Assembly (NCBI GenBank): GCA_964648855.1 | Contig: CAZYLT010000002.1 | Location: 180,001 to 212,000, forward strand | DNA: 32,000 bases | Reading direction: 5' to 3' | DNA from: an uncultured archaeon | GTDB lineage: Archaea > Asgardarchaeota > Thorarchaeia > Thorarchaeales > Thorarchaeaceae | In this document: positions 16,283 through 27,750 of the stretch, piece after piece | Layout: each line of letters starts with the position of its first letter | Numbering within the stretch: position 1 is the stretch's first letter | Translations under genes and position numbers: made by a program | The notes under the pieces: model-generated | Told to the model about the DNA's origin: nothing | The model's database searches: none | The model's input: the letters and a program-made list of their open reading frames with translations, nothing else

Positions 16283-16966
16283 TTGCAAGAAATGAAACAA
16301 CTAGACACACTCAAGATTCTCACCGGTCAGGATGCAATCGATGCTGTGAGAGCACTAAATGACGAGAATCGTAGACAAATTCTTCATGCTCTAAGAGCTA
16401 GGAGGATGTCTACCTCAGACCTATGCGATTTTCTGTCACATCGAGATCCAGATAGGGAGTTGAAGCCACAGACAGTGCGCTATCATATTAAAGAACTGGA
16501 AAAATGCGGTTTAGTGGAGCAGGACGGTTATGAGCCTGCTGGAAATGGCGACACTCATATCATGAAAAAACTCTGGCGCGCCACAGCTGAAAGCATCTTC
16601 ATAGCTACTGGTGATATGGATAGTCTTCCTGCTAGAGAAACCTATGACTTAGACAAGACTCTTGATATCATAGGAACCATGAGGGAGTTAGGGTTAGAGC
16701 TGAATGAAGAAGAAATGAAGGCAATTGCAGACGCCTTTGTTGAGCGGGAAAAAATCTACATTAAGGGACGAACGAAAGTACAAGAATCTCTTGAAGAAGT
16801 CTGCTCGCTTGACCCAATGTTATACCTGGTCTTTCGTAAATTCCTAAGTTTAGTGCAACTAAATAACCAAGATTACGAGCAATATTGGAAAATCAGTAGA
16901 TATATCGCAGATAAACTAAGAAAAGGATATCGCCACGGAAAAGGCGACAATCCCAACGTCTACTAA
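16283..16966 (+). CDS. ArsR-like winged-helix transcriptional regulator with C-terminal helical domain
   Basis: AL.DENRRQIL..L....MS.S.L, PQTVRYHIKELEK.GLVE, K.WRATA; GGAGGT SD before TTG. Confidence 0.85.
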   Translation: MQEMKQLDTLKILTGQDAIDAVRALNDENRRQILHALRARRMSTSDLCDFLSHRDPDRELKPQTVRYHIKELEKCGLVEQDGYEPAGNGDTHIMKKLWRATAESIFIATGDMDSLPARETYDLDKTLDIIGTMRELGLELNEEEMKAIADAFVEREKIYIKGRTKVQESLEEVCSLDPMLYLVFRKFLSLVQLNNQDYEQYWKISRYIADKLRKGYRHGKGDNPNVY

Positions 16967-16970
16967 CATC

Positions 16971-19304
16971 CTAGTCCTCATTTTGATGTGGGTCATAATC
17001 GGGATACTCGGTTGTTAGTAGGCGTCGTATTCTTCCGGCTATCTTAGGTCCTACGCCCCTTACTTTCTGCAGGTCTTCCTTACTGGCAGAGAAGATTTTA
17101 TCTAGTGTTCCGAATTCTGCGAGAATATTGCGCGAGGTTACTGTATCCACGCCTGGGAATCCTGATAAGATATACTCCAACGCCTCTGCATCAGTTCCTT
17201 TGGTTTCCCCACTTCGTGTTCGCAGGGGCCGCTGGGACTTGATTTGCTCAAGATACGCAATTCTGTATAAGATATGGGCAGTTTCTTCTGCGTTACGTGC
17301 CCAAATAATGGGGACTTGGATTCTTACAGCAATAGATGCTAATGCACCGTAGAGTGACGCTGGGCTAACAGCTCGTAGACCGGTCAACTGTTCTCCTTCA
17401 ATCAAAAGAACGGGTCGACGGTAAGCAGTCCTTAGAGTTGTCAACTGGGCAAATAACCTCCCATCGATGAGGGATTGGATGAAGTCATTCGACTCCTTTC
17501 GTTCTATCGCCACTTCATCAGACGCAATATAGTCTCCAATATCCAGAGTTTCTCCTGAGATTTTTACCCCCAGCCTAGTCAATTCTCGCGCTACGGAAGT
17601 TGAGAGTTCTCTACTATCTACTATGAGCCTGATAGATTCTTCATCCACCCTAGGTTTGACTTTTTCTTTTTCCGATGCTTCTTCAATATCAGAGGCCTCG
17701 TCTTCCTCTGCTGTATCAAACTCCTCAAGACTCATTTGTGCCTCATCTTGTTCTGCTTCTTCCAGAGCTGTGGGCATTTTCTTGAGTTTCTTGAGAACAC
17801 TCCAGTGATAGAACTCATCATGAGTTCCGCGGGCAACGAAAATGACTACTTTACCCGGTGATTGTCGACCTGTTCGACCTCTTCTTTGGATGTAAGGGAC
17901 AACTGACGGCACACAGTCATAGAATATCACTAGATTGCATTCGGGGATATCGAGCCCCTCCTCGCCAACTTGTGTTGCGACAAGGACATTATATTCGTTA
18001 TTTCGGAAGCCATCAAGCACTTCTATCTGTTTTTTCTGCGTGAATCCCTTGTCCGATCCTCTTGAACTCTGTCCCACGAATCTGCTGATTCTTACTTCAT
18101 CCAATTCCTCTAGTGTTTCTGCAACTTCTGCAGCGGTATCTCGAAACCTAGTGAAGACTAGAATTCGAGAATCCAAATCAAACGAAAGCTGTTCGCTGAC
18201 AATCTCCAATAGTGTATCTGCTTTCGGATGACGATAGCCTTTCGCTATCAGGGCCTGCAAAAGATTCTCAAATTGATGGAACTCAGCTTTGGAAATCAGG
18301 TTTTGAACCCCCTTCGAGCTCTTCTTGTTTCTCACTTCCTCATGCATTCCTTGTACATATCTGAAGGTAGGTGCTAGCCCCTGAGTCCCGACAAACTCAA
18401 TGAGATGTACAATCCTAATGCATGCTGTAAGATTCCGAATGAGGAGGAATAATTTCGGGTTTGGATCTGTCTGTGAGCCGATTTCTCGCCTGACTTCGCC
18501 CTGTGCTCTGAGAATGTCCTTCTTAGACATTCTGCGACCATTTGGAAGAGAGTATCCGTAATCCCTTATTGGAGACGCATAGTCATCGAGGAGAGCATAC
18601 AAAATATCTCGCAATACCTCTATCTCTGATGGAAGTGTTATGTATCTGACATCAGACTCCACGGAAACCACATAGTCACGCACATCTGGGCTGCGCACGG
18701 TTCTAACCTCCACATGTGGCAATCGCAGATTTTCACAGACAATTTTGATTTGCTCACTCTCATGCCCTGGTGATGCTGTCAGACCAAGACTGAGTGGCTG
18801 CTCTCTTTGTTTCTCATACATCTCGGCAATGAACGTATACGCATAATCACCGACACCGCGATGTGCCTCATCATATACAATCAGTGCTACACCACTGAGG
18901 TCGTAGCTTCCTTGTATTATGTCGTTTTGAAGCGACTGTGGAGTCATGGCAATAACTCTAAGATCATCCCAAGCATCGGCTCTCGCCTCAGGGCCGTCCT
19001 GTCCTGTGAGGCATGCGATATGGTCATTGTCGATATCCAGTGTTCTCTTCAGAAACCTTGCCTGTTGGTCTGCAAGAGGCCTCGATGGAGCCAAGAATAA
19101 CACCTTGGCATTGGCATCCTCGACAAGTACCTTTGCAGCTACGAGCACTGCAATTATTGTCTTCCCCAGCCCAGTGCTCAATACAACTAATGTACTCTGC
19201 TTTAAGGCAATTTCCGCTAAGTTGAACTGATACTCTCTGTATTCTATCGCTCCCTTTTTGATGAGAGGCCATTCGACAGCAGGTTGTATTTTCGACAACA
19301 TCAA
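16971..19304 (-). CDS. hef: Hef (FANCM/XPF-like) SF2 helicase-ERCC4 nuclease with HhH domain
   Basis: REYQ, STGLGKT, DEAH, GLTASPG, GEEGLDIP, QRRGRTGR; nuclease VDSRE, GDY, ERK...DF..S..DGRL; HhH V.GVGPK.A. Confidence 0.95.
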   Translation of the reverse strand: MMLSKIQPAVEWPLIKKGAIEYREYQFNLAEIALKQSTLVVLSTGLGKTIIAVLVAAKVLVEDANAKVLFLAPSRPLADQQARFLKRTLDIDNDHIACLTGQDGPEARADAWDDLRVIAMTPQSLQNDIIQGSYDLSGVALIVYDEAHRGVGDYAYTFIAEMYEKQREQPLSLGLTASPGHESEQIKIVCENLRLPHVEVRTVRSPDVRDYVVSVESDVRYITLPSEIEVLRDILYALLDDYASPIRDYGYSLPNGRRMSKKDILRAQGEVRREIGSQTDPNPKLFLLIRNLTACIRIVHLIEFVGTQGLAPTFRYVQGMHEEVRNKKSSKGVQNLISKAEFHQFENLLQALIAKGYRHPKADTLLEIVSEQLSFDLDSRILVFTRFRDTAAEVAETLEELDEVRISRFVGQSSRGSDKGFTQKKQIEVLDGFRNNEYNVLVATQVGEEGLDIPECNLVIFYDCVPSVVPYIQRRGRTGRQSPGKVVIFVARGTHDEFYHWSVLKKLKKMPTALEEAEQDEAQMSLEEFDTAEEDEASDIEEASEKEKVKPRVDEESIRLIVDSRELSTSVARELTRLGVKISGETLDIGDYIASDEVAIERKESNDFIQSLIDGRLFAQLTTLRTAYRRPVLLIEGEQLTGLRAVSPASLYGALASIAVRIQVPIIWARNAEETAHILYRIAYLEQIKSQRPLRTRSGETKGTDAEALEYILSGFPGVDTVTSRNILAEFGTLDKIFSASKEDLQKVRGVGPKIAGRIRRLLTTEYPDYDPHQNED

Positions 19305-19401
19305 ACACGCACGCTTGTATTGATTGCTTCCATTAATCCTGATAATACTCAGTCTAAAAAGACTCCTACATACTCATCAAAGTATAAGGAGCCAACAATA
19401 T

Positions 19402-19737
19402 ATGACAACTAAGGAGGCCATGCCAAGTATTGAAGCAGAGCTCTATGAGCTCAGTATGCCCGGGCGTATTCTTGGGAAAGAAGTTTTAGATAATAATGCT
19501 CGCAGGATTGGTATTGTCAGAAGTATCAGAATTGCTCTTCATCCCACTAGGTCTGAACTTATTGTGAAAGGAGCAGAAGTTGAGTTCCCTGTTGATTTTG
19601 CCAAAGTCGAAGCGGTTGGAACCGTTGTACAACTAAATTCTGTAGTGAAGGATGCAGAAGAAATCGAGGTACATGATGTAATACGGCTCCAGAAAGAAGT
19701 GCTCGATGATATTCGCAGTTATCTTGGCGGAAGATAG
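19402..19737 (+). CDS. PRC-barrel-like domain protein
   Basis: ILGKEVLD.NARRIGIV..IRI, L.V and F..V.AVG.VV.L pattern. ATG 19402 preferred over the track start. Confidence 0.65.
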   Translation: MTTKEAMPSIEAELYELSMPGRILGKEVLDNNARRIGIVRSIRIALHPTRSELIVKGAEVEFPVDFAKVEAVGTVVQLNSVVKDAEEIEVHDVIRLQKEVLDDIRSYLGGR

Positions 19738-19805
19738 CAAGAAATTGTGCTTTCGAAGGGATTAATAGCCTTCCACACCCTGCTTCATTTTCGGAGCTGG
19801 TATGA

Positions 19806-20471
19806 TTGGAACTTTCAGCAAAGAAACTAGCCAAAATGATTGACCATACAGAATTGAAGCCAATTGCCACTGAGGACCGCATTCGGAAGCTTTGTCATGA
19901 AGCCGTTGAAAATGGATTCGGGGCAGTATGTGTGAACAGCTGTTATGTTGAAACCGCCGTTGAAGAACTCAAGGGCAATGACGTTGAGGTCTGCAGTGTA
20001 GTAGGGTTTCCTCTCGGATCTATGGTGACAGATGCCAAGGCCTTTGAGGCACAATCCGCCATTGACAAGGGCGCCACAGAGATTGACATGGTGATGAACC
20101 TTGGCATGTTCAAATCTGGGAACTTGAAAGCCGTTGAAAATGACATAGCTGCCGTTGTTAAAGCCGCAGAAGGCAATACAGTCAAGGTGATTCTTGAAAC
20201 TGGGCACCTTACAGAGAATGAGATTGTTACAGCTTGTAAAACAGTGAAAAAGGCCGGGGCTCACTTTGTAAAGACATCAACGGGATTTGGTCCAAGAGGT
20301 GCCTCCGTTGAGGATGTAAGAATCATGCATGACACTGTCGGTGATGACCTTGGCATCAAAGCTGCTGGTGGAATCGGCGACTATGCTGACGCGATTTCGA
20401 TGGTCGAGGCCGGTGCCACTAGAATTGGTGCAAGCAGAGGCATTGACATCATCAAAGGCTCAAAGAAATAG
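19806..20471 (+). CDS. deoC: Deoxyribose-phosphate aldolase
   Basis: IDHT.LKP, AVCVN, VVGFPLG, GATEIDMV.N, KVILETG.L, FVKTSTGF, IKAAGGI, RIGAS. Confidence 0.96.
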   Translation: MELSAKKLAKMIDHTELKPIATEDRIRKLCHEAVENGFGAVCVNSCYVETAVEELKGNDVEVCSVVGFPLGSMVTDAKAFEAQSAIDKGATEIDMVMNLGMFKSGNLKAVENDIAAVVKAAEGNTVKVILETGHLTENEIVTACKTVKKAGAHFVKTSTGFGPRGASVEDVRIMHDTVGDDLGIKAAGGIGDYADAISMVEAGATRIGASRGIDIIKGSKK

Positions 20472-20482
20472 ATCAGTGAGGC

Positions 20483-22441
20483 TTGATTTGGCTGGCTAGG
20501 AGATCCGGAGGTAGTAAGCATAGGGGAGGTCATGCTCCATTCCTGGCTGAGATAAGGTTGTTCTGGTGTGATGACTGCAATGTACCAAGGATATCTCAAA
20601 CCAAATGCTCCTTGTGTGGGAAGGAATCCAGACGCGTTCAAATCTCTCCTCCGGGCGACCCCTTTCCAGCAATGGAAGGGCATCTCAAACGAGCCAAGCG
20701 TGTAATCGATGGACAATTTGGCGAGGGCGTGGCTGATGAATTACTTCCTCCAGACAAGACGGTAGTTATGAGCAAGATTTCAGCCCTTGATTCAATGTAC
20801 GAAATCATCGTAGATGGTTTTGTCATTGCTCGGCTTCGTTTTGATATACCTGACCTAGACTATTCTCTCCTTTTGACTCTAGAAGGGGCACGACGATTAA
20901 CTCCTGTGAGCAAACAGAAATGGGTTTCAAGTCACGATGGGATACTAAAATTTCTCAAGGATGGCGCGAACTTGCTGATGCCCGGAATTGGGGGCTGTGA
21001 CTCAGAAATAGAAGTTGGGGACGAAGTTTGGGTTCTCAATCCAGATGGAGAAGTCATTGCAGTCGGTACCGCTAGAATGTCAGGTGATGAGATGGCTAAG
21101 GCCGAGAAAGGCTATGCAATTAAGATAAGAGAGGCTGCAGACCCAGAACCACCGAAAACAAATACCGTTTCGGCATCTTGGGATACGGCTGTTATAGCGA
21201 ATCAGAACGACCTAGACTCCATTGAAGATGAAGCCATCTCTTTTATCAAACGCACTGTCCAACGGACAGAGGCAACTCCAGTTGTCGGCTTCAGCGGAGG
21301 CAAGGACTCACTTGCAACATATCTTGTCGTAGAAAAGGCTCTTGAGTATAGTCCCCCATTGTTCTTTGTAGACACAGGTATCGAATTCCCTGAAACTGTA
21401 CAATATGTGAGAGAATTTGCGGAAGACCGAGAGGTCGAAGTTATTGGTACCAAGGCTGGTAATCACTTTTGGGAATCAGTAGAGGTCTTTGGGCCTCCTG
21501 CTAGGGACTTTCGTTGGTGCTGCAAAATCCTGAAACTTGGACCAGCAGCAACTGCCATTTCTGAAGAGCTCGACGGGGAGAGCCTCTCATTCATGGGACA
21601 GAGGAAACTGGAGTCCTTTCAAAGATCCAAAGAGCCACGAATCACCTCAAATCCCTGGGTACCCGGACAGATTGGTGCAAACCCAATACAGAACTGGAAT
21701 GCCCTAGAAGTTTGGCTCTACATCTTTCAAGAGAAAGCGCCATTCAACTCACTGTATAATATGGGATATCATAGGATTGGTTGCTATCTTTGTCCCTCCT
21801 CACCACTAGAGGAGTTACGCAGTTTGGAAGAAACGCACCCACAAGAATTCGAACGCTTATCGGAAACGCTTCATGACTGGGCAAACAGGCTAGATTATCC
21901 GAAAGAATGGATAACCTATGGATTTTGGCGCTGGAAGAGCTTGCCCAGTGGGCAGAGAAAGCTAGTAAAGCGAATGGATCTCTCAATCAAATCCGAGCGT
22001 CCTTCTCCGTCCGATACTCTGGACCTCAGCATCACTAAGGGGATTTCTCCTTGTGTTACCGCTCCATACAGCCTTGAGGGGCAGTTTTCTGGAGGACTTG
22101 ACCTAACTCGCGTTTCCAATTTGTTACCTATTTTTGGACCTACCAAAATCAGTGAAGAAATAGGCGCATTACGGACAAAGGCCAAAAATGGCTCAATCAA
22201 CCTATTCACCTCTGGGTCTGTCGTTATACGTGGAGAAGATGAAGATAGTATCAGCAAGCTAACGGAAATGATGAATAGGGCGGTAAAGCGAGCGATGTTC
22301 TGTCAAGCATGTGGAACCTGTGTGGCGCAATGTGAACATGAGGCATTGATTTTGAAAGATGACGGAATTGCTGTCGATGAAGACAAGTGTGTCAATTGCC
22401 TACAATGTGATAATTGGCCCTGTCCCACCTACTTAGCCTAA
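20483..22441 (+). CDS. PAPS-reductase-family (PP-loop) protein with N-terminal Zn-finger, PUA domain and C-terminal ferredoxin
   Basis: WCDDCNVP..C.LCG; PUA DGANLLMPGI..I.VGDEV; FSGGKDS, DTGIEFPET, RWCC..LKL.P, RIGC.LCP; CQACGTC..QC / CVNC.QC. Confidence 0.88.
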   Translation: MIWLARRSGGSKHRGGHAPFLAEIRLFWCDDCNVPRISQTKCSLCGKESRRVQISPPGDPFPAMEGHLKRAKRVIDGQFGEGVADELLPPDKTVVMSKISALDSMYEIIVDGFVIARLRFDIPDLDYSLLLTLEGARRLTPVSKQKWVSSHDGILKFLKDGANLLMPGIGGCDSEIEVGDEVWVLNPDGEVIAVGTARMSGDEMAKAEKGYAIKIREAADPEPPKTNTVSASWDTAVIANQNDLDSIEDEAISFIKRTVQRTEATPVVGFSGGKDSLATYLVVEKALEYSPPLFFVDTGIEFPETVQYVREFAEDREVEVIGTKAGNHFWESVEVFGPPARDFRWCCKILKLGPAATAISEELDGESLSFMGQRKLESFQRSKEPRITSNPWVPGQIGANPIQNWNALEVWLYIFQEKAPFNSLYNMGYHRIGCYLCPSSPLEELRSLEETHPQEFERLSETLHDWANRLDYPKEWITYGFWRWKSLPSGQRKLVKRMDLSIKSERPSPSDTLDLSITKGISPCVTAPYSLEGQFSGGLDLTRVSNLLPIFGPTKISEEIGALRTKAKNGSINLFTSGSVVIRGEDEDSISKLTEMMNRAVKRAMFCQACGTCVAQCEHEALILKDDGIAVDEDKCVNCLQCDNWPCPTYLA

Positions 22442-22556
22442 TTCTCTCATTGAAATAGAAAGCTCGGCGGTCAAAGACCCTTACAGCTTTGCAAAAGAGT
22501 TAATTGACAGGGCAGGACCCCAATGCAAGAGCCTAACTCCATTATAATACAACAGG

Positions 22557-23912
22557 ATGGTTGACATCGAAGTGCTAAGTGCAGTCTCATTCAAGATTTA
22601 CGAGATGCGCAAGTATCTGGTTTTGAGTCTTGCAATCTCATTGATTGCAATTCCCATTGCCAATACATTAGTTATTCAAAGAGACAGAAATAGAAACGAG
22701 ATGTATGGAGAAGCATTCTGGGTGTTTGGATTTGGCGTATATGATATGACAGATACCGAAGTCGCAGAGGCTTTGGGGCCTCCATTCACTGATGGTTACC
22801 ATACTCTTCCATCTTATTTGGGCAATATCACCTATGAGTATCCTGTCTTCGGGCTCATCTTCTTTGCAATTGCCACCTGGTTATACCCAGGAGTAGGCAT
22901 GATGCAACATCTCTGGTTGAATTTTCTATTGGTGTTAGTTTTCAACCTCAACTTGGTTCTTATCGCCTGTTTGTTGAAGGAGAAGATTTACGAGGTACAG
23001 TGGGCGAGGTTATTCTTTGCCGGTTACTTCGTTTACGGCCTTATCATGTCTGCAGGTGGTGGAAAGCTCGAGCCCATTGTTGACTGTTTGCTTTTTATGG
23101 CAATTCTTCTACGACAAGAGGAGCAGTACGGGAAAGCAATGCTCACTTTAGGGCTCTCAGTTCAGACGAAGATATACTCTGCAGTAGCCCTTCCCCTATT
23201 ATTCATCTCTGCTCCTACCAGCATTATCTGGTTCTTTGTATCATCTTTGCTCACAGTCATACCCTTCGTATTTCTAGGAGCAAGTTTTGACTCATTAATC
23301 TCCCACTTCTTGAACACATCAAACTATAGTGAGGTCATAGTCAATCCTATGTATCCCGGGCTCTCTTGGGCGACTCCCGATCTATTCTCCTCAAACGGTG
23401 GCACGTACGTATGGCCGCCCGCCATAATTCCCCTCATTATATACATCGGATTCATGCTATATACCCTACCTCAGTATCTTCCAAAATCATCAGAGATGAA
23501 GGAAGGTACTTTGATGGAGAGATTGAGCGCGTTGGTACCTTTGTATGTATATCTACTACCTGCCATTCTATTTGTCTTCAGATGGGTCATGCCCTGGTAT
23601 CTTTTCTGGTTGGGTGGGATGATCTTCTTCTTTGACGAGGATCGTCATGCAGTGGGGTACCTCAAGGTGCTAACCATTGTTGGATTTCTTTATGCATTTG
23701 GCTCCCTACTCAATGCTCCCTACTTCCTATCTGGCCCCCTCGTTGATTTTAGTGGACATTTTCCCTTTGGGTGGTGGACTCTTCTCGGTTTGGCTGGGAT
23801 GTTTGTCGGCTCAGGAGCGGCATTTTTGGTTTGGAAATGGACGTTCAATAGAAGGGAAAAAAGAGAAAGGGATGTAAGAGATGCCAAGGCAAGAGGCGAA
23901 ATAGTGATTTAG
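22557..23912 (+). CDS. Polytopic membrane protein, probable GT-C (GT87/DUF2029-like) glycosyltransferase
   Basis: Many TM segments; YEYP motif after the first external loop, GLS..TKIY and MPWYL.W resemble GT87-like motifs. Confidence 0.6.
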   Translation: MVDIEVLSAVSFKIYEMRKYLVLSLAISLIAIPIANTLVIQRDRNRNEMYGEAFWVFGFGVYDMTDTEVAEALGPPFTDGYHTLPSYLGNITYEYPVFGLIFFAIATWLYPGVGMMQHLWLNFLLVLVFNLNLVLIACLLKEKIYEVQWARLFFAGYFVYGLIMSAGGGKLEPIVDCLLFMAILLRQEEQYGKAMLTLGLSVQTKIYSAVALPLLFISAPTSIIWFFVSSLLTVIPFVFLGASFDSLISHFLNTSNYSEVIVNPMYPGLSWATPDLFSSNGGTYVWPPAIIPLIIYIGFMLYTLPQYLPKSSEMKEGTLMERLSALVPLYVYLLPAILFVFRWVMPWYLFWLGGMIFFFDEDRHAVGYLKVLTIVGFLYAFGSLLNAPYFLSGPLVDFSGHFPFGWWTLLGLAGMFVGSGAAFLVWKWTFNRREKRERDVRDAKARGEIVI

Positions 23913-23916
23913 GATT

Positions 23917-24378
23917 TCAGCGTACTCGACCATTTTCCCGATAGTAGTCGAGTATCCGTTTTCGTATCTGGGTTGAGGAACATAAGCCATCTGCTTCCCT
24001 TTTCTCAAGCCGAATAATCCTTGTTTTCATATTATTCTCCTTGAAACACCTCTCCAATGAATCAGTATCTGCTTCTTGGTCATATCCCAACGCCAGGATA
24101 TTTGGGTTCACATCAGCAACAATCCTGCAATGATCTCTTGTCTTGTAACCAATTAGTGCTTCATCAACCATCTCGAGAGCTTGTACAATTGCTCTACGTT
24201 GTTCCTGGGGGAACACAGGAGGAGCACCTCGCTCCTTTTCGATTGTGTCATCCCTTGCAATAATCACCACTAGCTCTCCTTTCTCCCCCACTAACTCCTT
24301 TGCTTGTCTTAGATATGCAATATGACCTAAATGTAGTATGTCGAATTTTCCCGCAGCTAATACTCTTTGCTTACTCAT
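23917..24378 (-). CDS. ribL: FAD synthase (cytidylyltransferase-fold)
   Basis: G.FDILHLGH..YL..AK, LVVIIARD, R..IV.AL..VD.A..G, P.I.ALGYDQ, SSTQIR. Confidence 0.85.
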   Translation of the reverse strand: MSKQRVLAAGKFDILHLGHIAYLRQAKELVGEKGELVVIIARDDTIEKERGAPPVFPQEQRRAIVQALEMVDEALIGYKTRDHCRIVADVNPNILALGYDQEADTDSLERCFKENNMKTRIIRLEKREADGLCSSTQIRKRILDYYRENGRVR

Positions 24379-24408
24379 TGTTCATCATCCTCACTATTGA
24401 GGAGTGAA

Positions 24409-24669
24409 TCAATCCTCGTCCACTGCTAGGAATTCAGTGCCTTCAGCTGCAACTTCAATGTGCCGTTTTGTCTTTGTAATCTGATTGACGTGAATCAGGC
24501 CATTTATTTCTAGTTGCATAAGAGCCTGATTAAGCTCTGCCTCGCTGGGCTCGCTTCCCCTCTCTTTCTTCAGAGCACGTTCTAATTCGTCATCTAAAAT
24601 GACGCCTTTTCGCTTGTCTAGGATGTTCATGATTAGATTCCGTAGCGGAATAGCATTCCATGGTGCCAA
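24409..24669 (-). CDS. Small hypothetical protein, probable winged-helix fold
   Basis: 86 aa; S..ELNQALM.LEI.GLIHV pattern; same strand and tight spacing between cdc48 and ribL. Confidence 0.75.
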   Translation of the reverse strand: MAPWNAIPLRNLIMNILDKRKGVILDDELERALKKERGSEPSEAELNQALMQLEINGLIHVNQITKTKRHIEVAAEGTEFLAVDED

Positions 24670-24686
24670 CTCAACTCACTGCTCCT

Positions 24687-26882
<2,196 letters not shown>

Positions 26883-27006
26883 TTAACGACATCCTCCAGA
26901 ATATTGATTCACAACCCAGAAATATGGTCGGTATTAATTTGGAAATTACCGCCCGTTAGTGGATCTGTTGAACTGTTAATGAGTATTCATTCAGTGCATT
27001 TAACCA

Positions 27007-27024
27007 ACTACCAAACTTGGTAGT
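27007..27024. promoter_or_regulatory. 8-2-8 inverted repeat, putative operator upstream of cdc48
   Basis: ACTACCAA-AC-TTGGTAGT, about 25 nt downstream of a minus-strand TTTAAAT box (~27048-27054). Confidence 0.4.
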
Positions 27025-27115
27025 CTTGAAACGCGAGGAAACTGCTAATTTAAACTATGAGTTTGCAGATGTTATTAGCGCCAGATGATGATTTCTTACC
27101 ATAAGGGTTCCTTTT

Positions 27116-27382
27116 CTACATTCTAGAAACCATTTCTACTTCTACCTGTGAAACCCCCTCTTGAGCAAGAATGGCCTCTTCTATATCATCAGTGCCACCC
27201 ATTGACTCATCCCGAGCGACATTCATCCTCAGTGCCTTAAGGCCAAATGCAATGGGGACAACCTCTGTTGCCCGCACATCAGTCCCCTCGGGTATGACCT
27301 TCTTTATCCTATCGAGTAGGTCGTCTAAATCGACGTCTACATCCTCTGGCATCACTCTAAGAGTTATAATTACTCGCGCCAT
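27116..27382 (-). CDS. ef1b: Translation elongation factor aEF-1beta
   Basis: V.ITLRVMPEDVDVDL, PIAFGLKAL, GGTD.IEE, V..VEV..VSR. Confidence 0.95.
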   Translation of the reverse strand: MARVIITLRVMPEDVDVDLDDLLDRIKKVIPEGTDVRATEVVPIAFGLKALRMNVARDESMGGTDDIEEAILAQEGVSQVEVEMVSRM

Positions 27383-27404
27383 TTCTCATCCGCCTCCCAA
27401 TGGA

Positions 27405-27581
27405 CTATGGCCCCTCAAAGCCACAATTTGGGCAGGTGTATCGATTTGAGAATCTTCTACAGTCCTCACAGCGCCATATGGTGAACTCACCACAAGATGG
27501 ACACTGAAACTTTACACTATCCTCTTTGGGTGACACGGAACCGTGACATGAAGTGCATCGAATGACCTTAATTTTTGACAA
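27405..27581 (-). CDS. Zn-ribbon protein, DUF1610/HVO_2753 family
   Basis: CTSC, F.CPSCG..I.RC.DCR, Y.CPNCGFEGP; usual position upstream of ef1b. TTG 27581 after GGTGA preferred as start. Confidence 0.9.
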   Translation of the reverse strand: MSKIKVIRCTSCHGSVSPKEDSVKFQCPSCGEFTIWRCEDCRRFSNRYTCPNCGFEGP

Positions 27582-27750
27582 GATATCACCAAGTTGAACT
27601 GATTTAGTTCGAGTTCGAGGGGCCAATTTTTGAACAGATTATAAACCTACCGAAGAGCTCGTTGCTGATGCCCTCTCTGGACTATCTAAAAACTCAACTG
27701 ATATATTGCTATACCACCTTCAGATGGAATATCTTCAGAGGCTACACACC

